Source: the human T2T-CHM13v2.0 reference genome, Homo sapiens. Taken from it: DNA of 64,000 bases. Numbering within the stretch: position 1 is the first letter of the stretch; each line of letters begins with the position of its first letter. Where the stretch lies: the NCBI RefSeq assembly GCF_009914755.1, contig NC_060929.1; one strand, 5' to 3'. The notes under the pieces are model-generated. The model ran no database searches. It was given only the letters and a program-made list of their open reading frames with translations, and was not told where the DNA came from. The translations under genes were made by a program, and so were the position numbers. Positions 1-10,890 of this stretch are shown one piece after another.

Positions 1-589
1 TCTCTACAAGCCTCTGTTTTTCCCTCACATTTGAAGAGCATTTTTCTCTCTTAGTGTAGGCTGTCCTTTTTTCCATTAAGATGCTATTCCATTGTCCAAC
101 AGATTCGTTTTACAGTTTCTCCACAGTTTCTCTCCTGGATGTTAGACCGTAAGTCCTTTTGGCCTTAGATTGTCTCTGATGCCTTCAAATAGGATCTTTT
201 CTCCCTGACAGCCTTGCATGTTGCTCTCGGTGCTAGCACTGCTCTACTGTGAGCTGTTCAGGCACAGAGGCCCTGGGGGCTGATCAAGGAGGGCTCTCAG
301 ATCTGGCTCTCCTGGAGCAGCACAGCAGGAGGCTGCAGGAGGAGGCTGGCCGCAGGCTCTTCTGTTTCTTCTACAAACACGGATGTCTAGTTTTCAATGG
401 GCAGGAGCTCTAAATGAGATTAGAACCAGAGTAGGCATGTGAGCGCTGGGGGAAGGGGACGGCATCCTCTTTTCCCCTGAAGCGCGATTCTTGCCGTGAG
501 TTTAGTCTATTCCTTCTTTCATCTTGATGCAAAAAATGAGGTTTATATGAATCTTAATCCTTTAAGTAGTCCTGAATGTCTCGCAGAAG

Positions 590-680
590 CAACTATTTTC
601 ATTCTCCTTTTACAAACAGGGAAACTGAGGCAGAGAACACGAGAGAGTGGTCCTGGCCACAAATCCAGTCACTCTTCAGG
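590..680 (-). mobile_element. MIR SINE fragment
   Basis: ccttttacaaacagggaaactgaggcagaga resembles the reverse complement of the MIR core CTCAGTTTCCTCATCTGTAAAATGG. Confidence 0.6.
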
Positions 681-936
681 GCTGGCCTGTTGGTCTCATG
701 AAGGAGCCCTGTGTTCTCAGACACAGCCCACCAAGCTCTGGGACCCCTTATCTCTAAGTTCTTTCTCATCTCTGGAAAACCAGGCTGCTGAGTGGCTTAG
801 GAAGGGCCAGAGAGATGCTTTGGTTTTGCTGATATTTTGACTAAGGGGTCAATGATTTCTCTGTCCCACATTTCCTTGGTGATGGCCATGACGCAGTCGG
901 CACAGTGGGACCCCGCCCCCCACCCCGGTGGGATGA

Positions 937-1310
937 AGTAGAGGTCAGGTTCTGTGCCACGCTTGGCAGGCTACAGCCCCAGGCACTTAGCCACTCATCC
1001 AGGTGTTGCTGAGAAGGTGCTCTGTAGGTAAGATTAAAGTCCATCATCAAGCAACTTTCAATAAAGGAGGTAATGCTGGATAATCCTGGTGGGCCTGGGC
1101 CAATTGGTTGAAGGAGAAAAGCTGAGGTTTGCTTGAAGAGGAGCCAGGTTTGCCTGTGGATGGCAGCCGCAGCTGTGCTTCAGAGATTCAGCCTGACCTT
1201 CCTGGTGCCTGGCCCTGTGGGTTTCAGACCTGTGCAGCCAGACCCCACAAGTCCATGAGCCAACTCCTTGCAGTGGATATTGCAGAAAATCAGTCTGTAC
1301 CTCTTGCTGG
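937..1310 (+). mobile_element. MLT2F/E-like ERVL LTR, degenerate
   Basis: Colinear MLT2 motifs: ggtgttgctgagaagg, gattaaagtccatcatca, ggataatcctggtgggcctg, cctgtggatggcagc, gagccaactccttgca. Confidence 0.65.
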
Positions 1311-2129
1311 TGGAGCCCAACTGGCATGGGTGGAGGGGGAGCACATCTGCCAGGAGCATGGGAGGAGGGGCTGTGTAGGCGCCTGTGGAGAATCCATCCT
1401 AACGAGCAGGGCGGTGGAGACAGAGGCTGTGGGGGAAACAGTGACTCAGGTGGGTGCAAGGGGGACCCCTCAGAAGAGCCTGACTTCTCAGACTGAGTTT
1501 CCTGGCCCCCCACCGACCCCTGGCCCTGACACTCGTGCTGACTTGGCTCTTTGCTCTCCGTCACGGCCCCCAGCTTTCGCTCCCACAGCAGATGTGCTCA
1601 CAGCCCCAGTGGGGGGCTGGGGTTCTGGTCCACCCTTGGGACGTGGCCTGCAGAGGGATGTGTCAGTGGCGCCCGTGACCCACCACCTGCTCATTGAGGG
1701 GAGACAGAGGGCGGAGCTGGCTGCATTCACACTTCCTGCAGGTCGTCCTCTGTTTCCAAGCAGAAGTTTTAACTTTCCTGCCACGATTTCATTTCATTTT
1801 AAATTTGCTTTAAAGAAAAGCAGGAAAAGTCTTCCCTGAGGAGGTGACATCCGCACTTGTTTTCTGGGTGGCTCGAGGAGTGGTGTGGGTCCCAGGGGAC
1901 AGATGGAAGCTTGAAGGGCAGAGGGTAGGAAGGGGTGATGTCCTGAGTCCATGTGTGCCCAGGAGCCTCAAAAACTGCAGAGAGAGGAGCTGCCTGTGCC
2001 TCTTGGATTCTCAGCCCAGGGTCAGGAGCAGCATTCCTGCTCTCGCTACTTCCACAACAGGCAATTAATACTCGGCGTTCAGTGTCTCGGGTCCAGACCA
2101 CCTTCCCAGGCACAGCCGAAGCCGTGATC

Positions 2130-2290
2130 ATTGGATCATCTCAGTTGAGTAACTTCATTTTCCCATCAGTCAAATCCAGAATCAAGTAACTGAGTACGGT
2201 CAGTGTGAAATGTCTCACTGAACAATGTGCTAGCTACAGAGCCCTCGGCAGCGTCACTGCTGGCACGTGCAGAGGAGCTCTCAAATGTAA
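2130..2290 (+). mobile_element. MIR fragment
   Basis: cttcattttcccatcagtcaaat and ctggcacgtgcagaggagctctcaaatgt resemble the MIR core and 3' end. Confidence 0.45.
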
Positions 2291-3337
2291 AAATAGCCCG
2301 TACTCTAGAACACCAACCTAGCACCGCTTTTAGAACAATGTGAATCGTGTCTGTGGAAGGGTAAACGTACGCTGCTTATGTTGTTGCTGTTTACTTTTTA
2401 AGGTGTGAAGACCAAATCGAGTTACGGATTCTCTAAAAAGCCAGCCTCTTAGCCAGGTGTCCTGTGCTTTTGCGGCAGGCACGTCTCACCAAAGCTCCAA
2501 GTCTCCCTGAAGATTTGCATACGATCCCCCTTAGGATAGTCCTTCTTTTCCAAGTCGGGGAGCTCTCTCTGCCCTAAAAGGGCCTCCTGCAGAGATAGCT
2601 TGAGGGGCTCCCATGGGGTTGCTGGCAGAGCGCTCCGCAGAGCCAGCCTCACCCTCCAGACACTGGTTTCTGGGGGTTTTCCAAAGGCAGCCTCTGGAGG
2701 CCTCCGCCTGCCCCACACATCACCGACGCCTGGGTGCTGCCCGAGGCATCACTGATGACCACAGGGCTGGGTCCCCTGCTTCTCGTCTGTCATCACTATT
2801 CCAGCCGCTCCGTGTTCAAGTGGACCGGCCCTCATCTCCCCCACCTTCCTTCTTCCTCCCCGACACTGCCTCCTCCCAGGGGCTCTGGCAGACCCCCGGT
2901 GGCTCCTGGGCACACTCAATTGTCCAAACAAGAACTGCAGCAAGGAATTAGAGATTTCTTAATCAGCCTCACCTCCCTCCCCTGAAGGGTGTATGGTCCC
3001 CTTTCCCCAAGACAATTTGCCACCAACCACCTTGGGAGTGGGCTTGATTTCTTTCTAAACATTGGCCAGTCATCAAGATCACAGAGTGAAAGGCGTTCAC
3101 ATCTATATTTCCTTAAAGGGATTGTACATACCCAGCTAATAATAATTTAGTAGGATTTTTTTTTCTTTGCCTTATGTAGACTCTGTTCTTCCTTGCAGCC
3201 CATTGAGAGCAATGATCACCATGACTGTTCCCTCACATGCAGCAGCAATGATTGTCCAAGATATACATGTTCACAGAACAAACTTTTATCATACAAGTTT
3301 TCTTTTTCTGAGAAATGTGAAGTTCCAGAATACCCTT

Positions 3338-3506
3338 ATTTTTTTTATTTTCTTTTTTGAGACAGGATCTTTCTCTGTCACCCAGGCTGGAGTGCAGTGG
3401 TGCAATCTCAGCTCACTGCAGCCTTGACCTCCTGGGCTGAAGTGGTCTTCCTGCCTCAGACTCCCAAGTAGTTGGGACCACAGGTGTGAACCACCATGCC
3501 CAGCTA
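3338..3506 (-). mobile_element. AluJ right arm / FRAM-like monomer
   Basis: Poly-T, then gagacaggatct...cactgcagccttgacctcctgggct (J-type); only one arm present. Confidence 0.85.
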
Positions 3507-3616
3507 CAAAATGTGCTTACTTTAAAGCAGTTTCCTTCCTTTGCGATGGTATTTTTTGGGGTAAAGCCTGACCTGGATCATTAGTGACTGTAATTTGCAG
3601 CCCTCTAAAGTCTCTC

Positions 3617-3926
3617 TTTTTTTTTTTTTTTCTTTTGAGACAGAGTCTCGCTCTGTCTCCCAGGCTGGAGTGCAGTGGTGTGATCTTGGCTCACTGCAAG
3701 CTCTGCCTCCCAGGTTCACACCATTCTCCTGCCTCAGGCTCCTGAGTAGCTGGGACTACAGGCAGCCGCCACCACGCCCTGCTAATTTTTTTTTTTTGGT
3801 AGGTTTTTAATAGAGATGGGGTTTCACCATGTTAGCCAGGATGGTCTCGATCTCCTGACCTTGTGATCTGCCCGCCTCGGCCTGCCAAAATGCTGGGATT
3901 ACAGGCGTGAGCCACCGCGCCTGGCC
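3617..3926 (-). mobile_element. AluY/Sc full length
   Basis: Diagnostic gcaagctctgcctcccaggttcacaccattctcc; TSD tcta(a/c)agtctct at 3604-3615 and 3927-3938. Confidence 0.95.
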
Positions 3927-6604
3927 TCTACAGTCTCTTTAATTAGGATCCTAAATGTTTCTCCCGTGGTCTCATCTATTTTAACCTAAAACGCCCTTGG
4001 GGAAAACCTTTTGTCACTGCAACACTTCAGAACACACTTACAACAGGAGGTTTTTTCCCGAGGGCCTGCAGCAATCAAGGAGGGCCGTTCTGCTGGGTTT
4101 CCTGTTTTGAGCGGGATTTGTGTTCTGGGAGGCTGGGTGCTTCCTCAGAACTCTGTCTGCTTTTCCTCACTAGGTTACAGACATTTCAGTCTACTAACCC
4201 CCAGAAGAAACAGCGTGCTGTTAGATTTAGTTATATTATCACAGGTCATTTTAAGATTTTCATTCATTTAATGTAAAAATCAGCCCAGAATTTTATTTTC
4301 CGTAAGGTGCTTAGGAGAGCGTGGGCATAGCCATGAGACCTCCGTGTTGGGTTGTGTTTAAAGATGTGTATTCATTTCTCATCCTCAGCTTTTGCCTCAA
4401 GAGTTTAGCCTCTGTCAGGATTAATCGGGGTCAGATTATCCTAACACGGAGTGTTTTCCATTCTTTCAGAAATATTATTGCAACACCCTGCAGCGTTCAG
4501 ACTTGTCATGGATGACTCTAACAGGGCAGGTGTTACCACGTTAACTGGTCCAAAAAACAAAATACCGGGTGCACATCCCTTGAAGTTTCGGGTGTGTTTA
4601 CTCTGAGGCACCGTGCACTGCAAAGCTGGGGATTCACAGGCAAGTTTAGGTGAATCCTCGGAACACGTGACTGATGAATTCCGGGCCCGTGTCGGGCTCT
4701 CAGCCAGCGCCTGCTCCGTGCGCCAGGGACGGAGTGCTGCCTTCTCGGGAGTCACACGGGACTGGCTTAGCCCTGGCGAGTGTTTCGCATCAGGTGACAA
4801 GTTGTGCCGAGTGTCTGCCACCCTGCATGCCCACACTGAATCCGTGCAGGGCCCTCCCTGTGGGAGTGGCCCAGGGCCTCTCGGCCGCCTGCTCAGCTGT
4901 GGACACGGAGCTCCGGCACAGCCAAGTCCTGAATGACATGCAGCCAATTCTCTTGGGCCCTTTCCGGGTTTGTCTGTGGTCCTTCCTTCTGTGTTTCCAG
5001 GCTGAGTCCTAAGGCCCTGGTCCTGTGTCCAGTGTGGTGCCTTGGAAGTTCTGAAAGTCACAGGTGAGCTGGGTGCTCCTGGGTGTCCCACCCCGGCTAG
5101 GGCTGTCAGCATCATGAGTTCTGAAGAACTGCCCTGAGGGCTGCAGCATCCCTGCGGGGGCTCAGACCGGCTGGACCGTAGCGTAGTTTCTGGCCCCGGC
5201 TAGCTGGCGACCGTGGGCTTCAGTACCCTGTCTGCGGGGTGGGGCGATGCGAACCTACACCCTGGGATGGGGGTGCCCGCCCAGGGCAGTGCTGTCTGTG
5301 ATCTTGCCATGCCCAGGGCACCCACTCCATGACGCTGGCTGTCGGTGCTTTCCAGGGGCACAGTGGAGTGTGTGAGGAAAGACCCCTGCAGACGGCCTCC
5401 GGCGGGCTTCGGGCAGCTCTCCCTGGTTGGGGTCCCAGGGTCTTCAGGGAAGCCCCAAGTCCTGGTCCTGTTCATCTTTGTGTCTCTAGTGGACAACATG
5501 TAAGAAATGCTACTTAAGCTGACCTGTTAGCATATGTAACATAATGCCGGGAAAAGAGCTGTGGCTGAATTGAATGATTTCTTAAATTGATTTTATATTG
5601 TGTGCCCTTTGAAAAATGTTTGGGGAGAATTGGAGTTAAAGTTTTCAACACAGTGTGGTCCTTGCAGACTTCCTGTGGGAGGGAATGACTTTCTGTTCCT
5701 CTGCGTTAGCATCCAAGTACACTCTTATGGCCTTTTCGATCCAATAATCACAATCTGGTCTTTGTCAGCTTTTTTTCAGGCAGTGACTTGGGTTTGTTCA
5801 CACACTAGAAACTTAACTCACAAATCTTTAGGGTGCTAGGGGTTATGAGCGGGTTGGGAAGTGTCCCCACGTGGTTCACACCTGCCCTCTCCATGCTCAC
5901 GGAACCACACGCTCGCTCCATCGTTTGTTGGGGGTTCCGTCAAGTGCCAGGTCCTCAGCGGGGCTCCAGGGGTGCAGAAAACGTGCAGGACAGCTCCAAG
6001 TTCACAGAGTCCCGGGGAGCTGATCGGCCATCAGGGCCTCTCGGTGTGGAGGGAAGAGGGACCGGCCAGCCCAGCTGGTCCTGAGAGTGCAGCTAGCAGC
6101 TGCTGACCAGCCCCCAGGGGGCTCCCGGGACACTCCCATGAGCGTGAGGATGATGAAGCTTCTCCCTCACCACATCCCAAGTCTCCAGGACACCAAGGGA
6201 GATGAGGGCATTTTAGGTTCTGCTCCCAGCCCATGCCACGACTTCTGGGCCCGAGGGCATCCTGTGCTGTTTTGTGTGAAGCGGCACAAAACATCCCACA
6301 ACCACTGGGAGACGCCTCTGTCCTGGAACCGCTGCGGCCGCTCTCCCCACCCCTGCCAGGCGGCTCGCAAAGGGCAGCTCCTTCTTCCCGTCTGGGTCCG
6401 CACCACGCACCCGCCCTGGCCTCCTGCCCGGGGACATGCAGAGTCACCATGCGCCCTGAAACAGCCCCTCGGCAGCTTCACGACCTCACCAAGTGCCCGC
6501 CGCTCTCACGAGAGAGGTGGTTATGGTTGCGCATTGAATATGCTTGGGAGAGGCAAAGATGGATGGCGTAGTCTCTACCCTCACACCCAGTGCTGAGCGC
6601 GAGT

Positions 6605-7185
6605 CGTCCGCTGTGTGTGCGTCATCTGCTGTGCGTGTGTCATCTGCTGTGCATGCCTGCGTCATCTGCTGTGTATGTGTCATCTGTTGTGCATGCGTGT
6701 GTCGTCTGCTGTGCGTGTGTCGTTTGCTGTGCGTGTGCCGTCTGCTGTGCGTGTGTCATCTTCTGTGCGTGCGTGCCGTCTGCTGTGCATGTGTGCATTG
6801 TCCATTGTCTGCTGTGCATGCATCGTCTGCTCTGCGTGCGTGCGTCATCTGCTGTGCGTGTGTCATCTGCTGTGCGTGTGCCATCTGCTGCGGGTGCATC
6901 ATCTGCTGTGCGTGCGTGTGCCATCTGTGCCTGTGTGCATCGTCTGCTGTGTGTGTGTTGTCTGCTGTGCATGCATGCGCCGTCTGCTGTGCGTGCATGT
7001 GTTGTCTGTTGTGCATGTGTCATCTGCTGTGCATGCATGCATTGTCTTCTATGGGCACAGGCGTCATCTGCTATGGGTGTGTGCGTCGTCTGCTGTGGGC
7101 CGTGCGTCGTCTGCTGTGCATGCTTCTGCTGTCTGCTGTGTGTGTGTGTGCATTGTCTGCTTACGTGCATCGTCTGCTATGCATT
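6605..7185. repeat. Degenerate ~18-bp TG-rich minisatellite (gtcatctgctgtgcgtgt)
   Basis: Direct tandem repetition of variants of the unit; gives Cys/Val-rich pseudo-ORFs. Confidence 0.92.
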
Positions 7186-8791
7186 TGAGCACCCTTCCCT
7201 CCAAGGACTCCAGAACGTTCCACCTCCACCCATTCCTCATCTCCTGTGTGGCCTGTGAGACCAGGCGTGGCAGTCCCTGCTCCCAGCCCAGCACCCTTTG
7301 TCCCCTAGGGAGGCGTCCTCCATGGTCACCGTCTGTGTACCCATTGTGCGGGTTGTGCTGTCAGCACCTGTGCGGCGGGGGTGGGTGGCGTGGAAGTCCA
7401 AACCCACTGGGGGCTGTGCCATCCCTGTTTGATGTCAGCATGTGCTCCCTGTGTTCTATTAACCATGTAGCATTTTTTCTTTCTTTAAGCTGAAGAGGAT
7501 GGAAATTAATTTTGCTTTCATAATTTCCTGACATGCTAGGAGGTGATTGGGGCCCTGGGGCATGTGGCTGGCGGGGGGTGCCTTGGTCCTGAGCAGGATG
7601 GAGGGTCCCTGGCTGAGGGGCGGGGCTGGAGGGGCCACCGTGCACCCCGGGTCTCGATGGTGTCCTGCAGAATGGGCTCTTCCTAGAAACTTCAAAAACA
7701 GTTAAGGAAACAGCCTAATCTTTCTGTTCCTCTTCTCATGGCCTTGGCGGTTACTGTTACACGAGCTCTGTGCTTGTCCTCCCTGTGTGGACTAAGGTCC
7801 TTAGAAATGTCAGGAATTGCAAATGAGTCCCAGCGAGCTTCCTCCTCTGCCCAACGCTGCCTCTCCTGATGGGGCCTGGCAGGCCGGGGTCCGCGGAGTG
7901 AGGAGTTTATCAGGATGACATAAAGAGGTGCAGTGGATGACCGCTGTATGAGGTTAAGCACAGGCAGGCGGTGCAGATCCCAGGAGTTTGTTTAGGAGAA
8001 GCGGAGCCTTGCCTCTGGTGCTTCCTGTGAACTACAATCTGAATGACAATCCGGCAGCCCAGAGCCTCCCCTGGATTCCAGGGAAGCCGGGAAAAGCTGC
8101 TTCCTGCGGGACTCATCTCAGGGTTCCCTGGAAGGAGACAAAGAGCAGACCTGAAATTTAGTCAGCCGCTTAAAACACTTGTTTTCGGGGTGTTCTAATG
8201 GCTCGGCCAGGCTCTGCCGCGCATCTGTGGATTCCAGGCTGCCCTGGTGTCTCAGTGCAGCTGGCCGGGAGGAGGCAGAGGTGAGACCCAGCAGAGCTCC
8301 CAGTGCTTCCCGGTAGCTTCTGACTGGGCTCTGTGCACAGACCTGATCCTTTCTGAAGCCATGGTGACCTGCGCCCATGATCACCATATACGGAGGCCCA
8401 GAGTGGAACACCACTGTGGAAATAGGGGCTTTCTGGTGACCGCCCTCCTCACTGTTTACTGTCTGATGAGCCTCACCCTGGCTTTCCGGTGCGCTGGGCC
8501 CTGCGCCTCTCTGCACACCTCTCCCTCACCCACCCACCCGGGCATCCCACACACAGCACCCAACCTGGGGTGGGAGAGGAGGAAAGCTCATGTCTCTCAG
8601 GCTCTCCCTTTTGGGGGTAAAACTAATATAGTTTCATCTCATTTTCAGTAAGGCAGGGATGTTTAGAGAATTCCAGTCTACTGTGTTAGGAAATTCTGGG
8701 GGAAAATTAGTAGACTCGGGGGAAATATTTAATTCATGAAAATGGGATTATAACATACTTTGGAAATCATTTGTTATCAAGACAGTCATAT

Positions 8792-10883
8792 GGGTCTGTT
8801 CCAAGATGGCTGAATAGGAATAGCTCTGGTCTGCAGCTCCCAGCATGATCGATGCAGAAGACGGGTGATTTCTGCATTTACAACTGAGGTACCTGGTTCG
8901 TCTCACTGGGACTGGTTGGACAGTGGGTGCAGCCCACGGAGGGTGAGCTGAAGCAGGGTGGGGCATCGCCTCACCCAGGAAGCACAACAGGTCAGGGGAT
9001 TTCCCTTTCCTAGGCAAGGGAAGCCATGACAGACTGTACCAGGAAAATCAGGACACTGCCACCCAAATACTGCACTTTTCCAGTGGTCTTAGCAAATGGC
9101 ATATCAGGAGATTATATCCTGCACCTGGCTCAGTGGGTCCCATGCCCACAGAGCCTTGCTCGCTGCTAGCACAGCAGTCCAATATGGAACTGCGAGGTGG
9201 CAGCCTGGCTGGGGAAGGGGCATCTACCCTTGCTGAGGCTTGAGTAGGTAAACAAAGCGGCTAGGAAGCTCGAACTGGGTGGAGCCCACCACAGCTTAGC
9301 GAGGCCTGCCTGCCTCTGTAGACTCCACTGCTGGGGGCAAGGCATAGCTGAACAAAAGGCAGCAGAAACTTCTGAAGGCTTAAATGTGTCTGTCTGACAG
9401 CTCTGAAGAGAGCAGTGATTCTCCCAGCATGGTGTTTGAGCTCTGAGAATGGACAGACTGCCTCCTCAAGTGGATCCCTGACCCCCGTGTAGCCTAACTG
9501 GGAGACACCTCCCAGTAGGGGCTGACTGACACCTCATACAGGAGGGTGCCCCTCTGAGACAAAGCTTCCAGAGGAAGGATCAGGCAGCAATATTTGCTGT
9601 TCTGCAATACTTGCTGTTTTGCAGCCTTTGCTGCTGAAACCCAGGCAAACAGGGTCTGGAGTGGACCTCCAGCAAACTCCAACAGACCTGCAGCTGAGGG
9701 ACCTGACTGTTAGAAGGAAAACTAACAAACAGAAAGGAATAGCATCAACATGAACAAAAAGGACATCCACACCAAAACCCCATCTATAGGTCACCATCAT
9801 CAAAGACCAAAGGTAGATAAAACCACAAAGATGGGGAGAAACCAGAGCAGAAAAGCTGAACATTCTAAAAACCAGAGCACCTCTTCTCCTCCAAAGGATT
9901 GTAGCTCCTGGCCAGCAACAGAACAAAGCTGGGCAGAGAATGACTTTGACAAGTTGGCAGAAGTAGGCTTCAGAAGGTGGGTAATAACAAACTTCTCTGA
10001 GTTAAAGGAGGATGTTTGAAACCATCGCAAGGAAGCTAAAAACCTTGAAAAAACATTAGACAAATGGCTAACTAGAATAAATAGTGTAGAGAAGTCCTTA
10101 AATGACCCGATGGAGCTGAAAACCATGGCACGAGAACTACGTGATGCATGCACAAGCTTCAGTAGCTGATTCGATCAAGTGGAAGAAAGGGGATCAGTGA
10201 TTGAAGATCAAGTGAATGAAATGAAGTGAGAAGAGAAGTTTAGAGAAAAAAGAGTAAAAGGAAATGAACAAAGACTCCAAGAAATATGGGACTATGTGAA
10301 AAGACCAAATCTATGTCTGATTGGTGTACCTGAAAGTGACGGGGAGAATGGAACCAAACTGGGAAACACTCTTCAGGATGTTATCCAGGAGAACTTCTCC
10401 AACCTAGCAAGCAAGGCCAACATTGAAATTCAGGAAATACAGAGAACACCACAAAGATACTCCTCGAGAAGAGCAACCCCAAGACACATAATTGTCAGAT
10501 TCACCAAGGTTGAAATGAGAGAAAAAATGTTAAGGGCAGCCAGAGAGAAAGGTCGGGTTATCCACAAAGGGAAGCCCATCAGACTAACAGCGGATCTCTC
10601 GGCAGAAACTCTACAAGCCAGAAGAGAATGGGGGCCAATATTCAACATTCTTAAAGAAAAGAATTTTCAACCCAGAATTTCATATCCTGACAAACTAAGT
10701 TTCAAAAGTGAAAGAGAAAAAAAATCCTTTACAGACAAGCAAATGCTGAGAGATTTTGTCACCACCAGGCCTGCCTTACAAGAGCTGAAGGAAGCACTAA
10801 ACATGGAAAGAAACAACCAGTACCAGCCACTGCAAAAACATGCCAAATTGTAAAGACCATCGATGCTAGGAAGAAATTGCATC
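8792..10883 (+). mobile_element. L1PA6/7-like LINE-1: intact 5'UTR and ORF1, 3' portion (ORF2, 3'UTR) missing
   Basis: Starts gggtctgttccaagatggc (YY1 site); ~1-kb L1 5'UTR; ORF1 MGRNQSRKAE...PLQKHAKL; ends in the inter-ORF spacer agaccatcgatgctaggaagaaattgcatc. Confidence 0.95.
9831..10853 (+). pseudogene. LINE-1 ORF1p, inactivated
   Basis: ATG at 9831 and TAA at 10851-10853; frame is kept but in-frame TGA stops occur at 10017, 10167 and 10227 (consistent with CGA>TGA decay); C-terminal 185 aa has the ORF1p motifs TPRHIIVRF and REWGPIFNILKEKNFQPRISYP. Confidence 0.93.
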
Positions 10884-10890
10884 TTCCTAG

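Noticed and set aside
1058-1839. 236-aa and 168-aa overlapping ORFs
   Set aside because: Non-ATG starts, partly within an MLT2 LTR, GC-rich, with no recognisable domain
4441-5115. 224-aa minus-strand ORF
   Set aside because: Composition typical of GC-rich non-coding DNA; no domain or convincing exon structure
6544-7493. Cys-rich 214-292-aa ORFs resembling keratin-associated proteins or metallothioneins
   Set aside because: Open in all three frames because of the TG-rich repeat; no true KRTAP or metallothionein motif organisation
10296-10853. Functional L1 ORF1p, or an active L1
   Set aside because: C-terminal fragment starting at GTG downstream of three stops; ORF2 is absent
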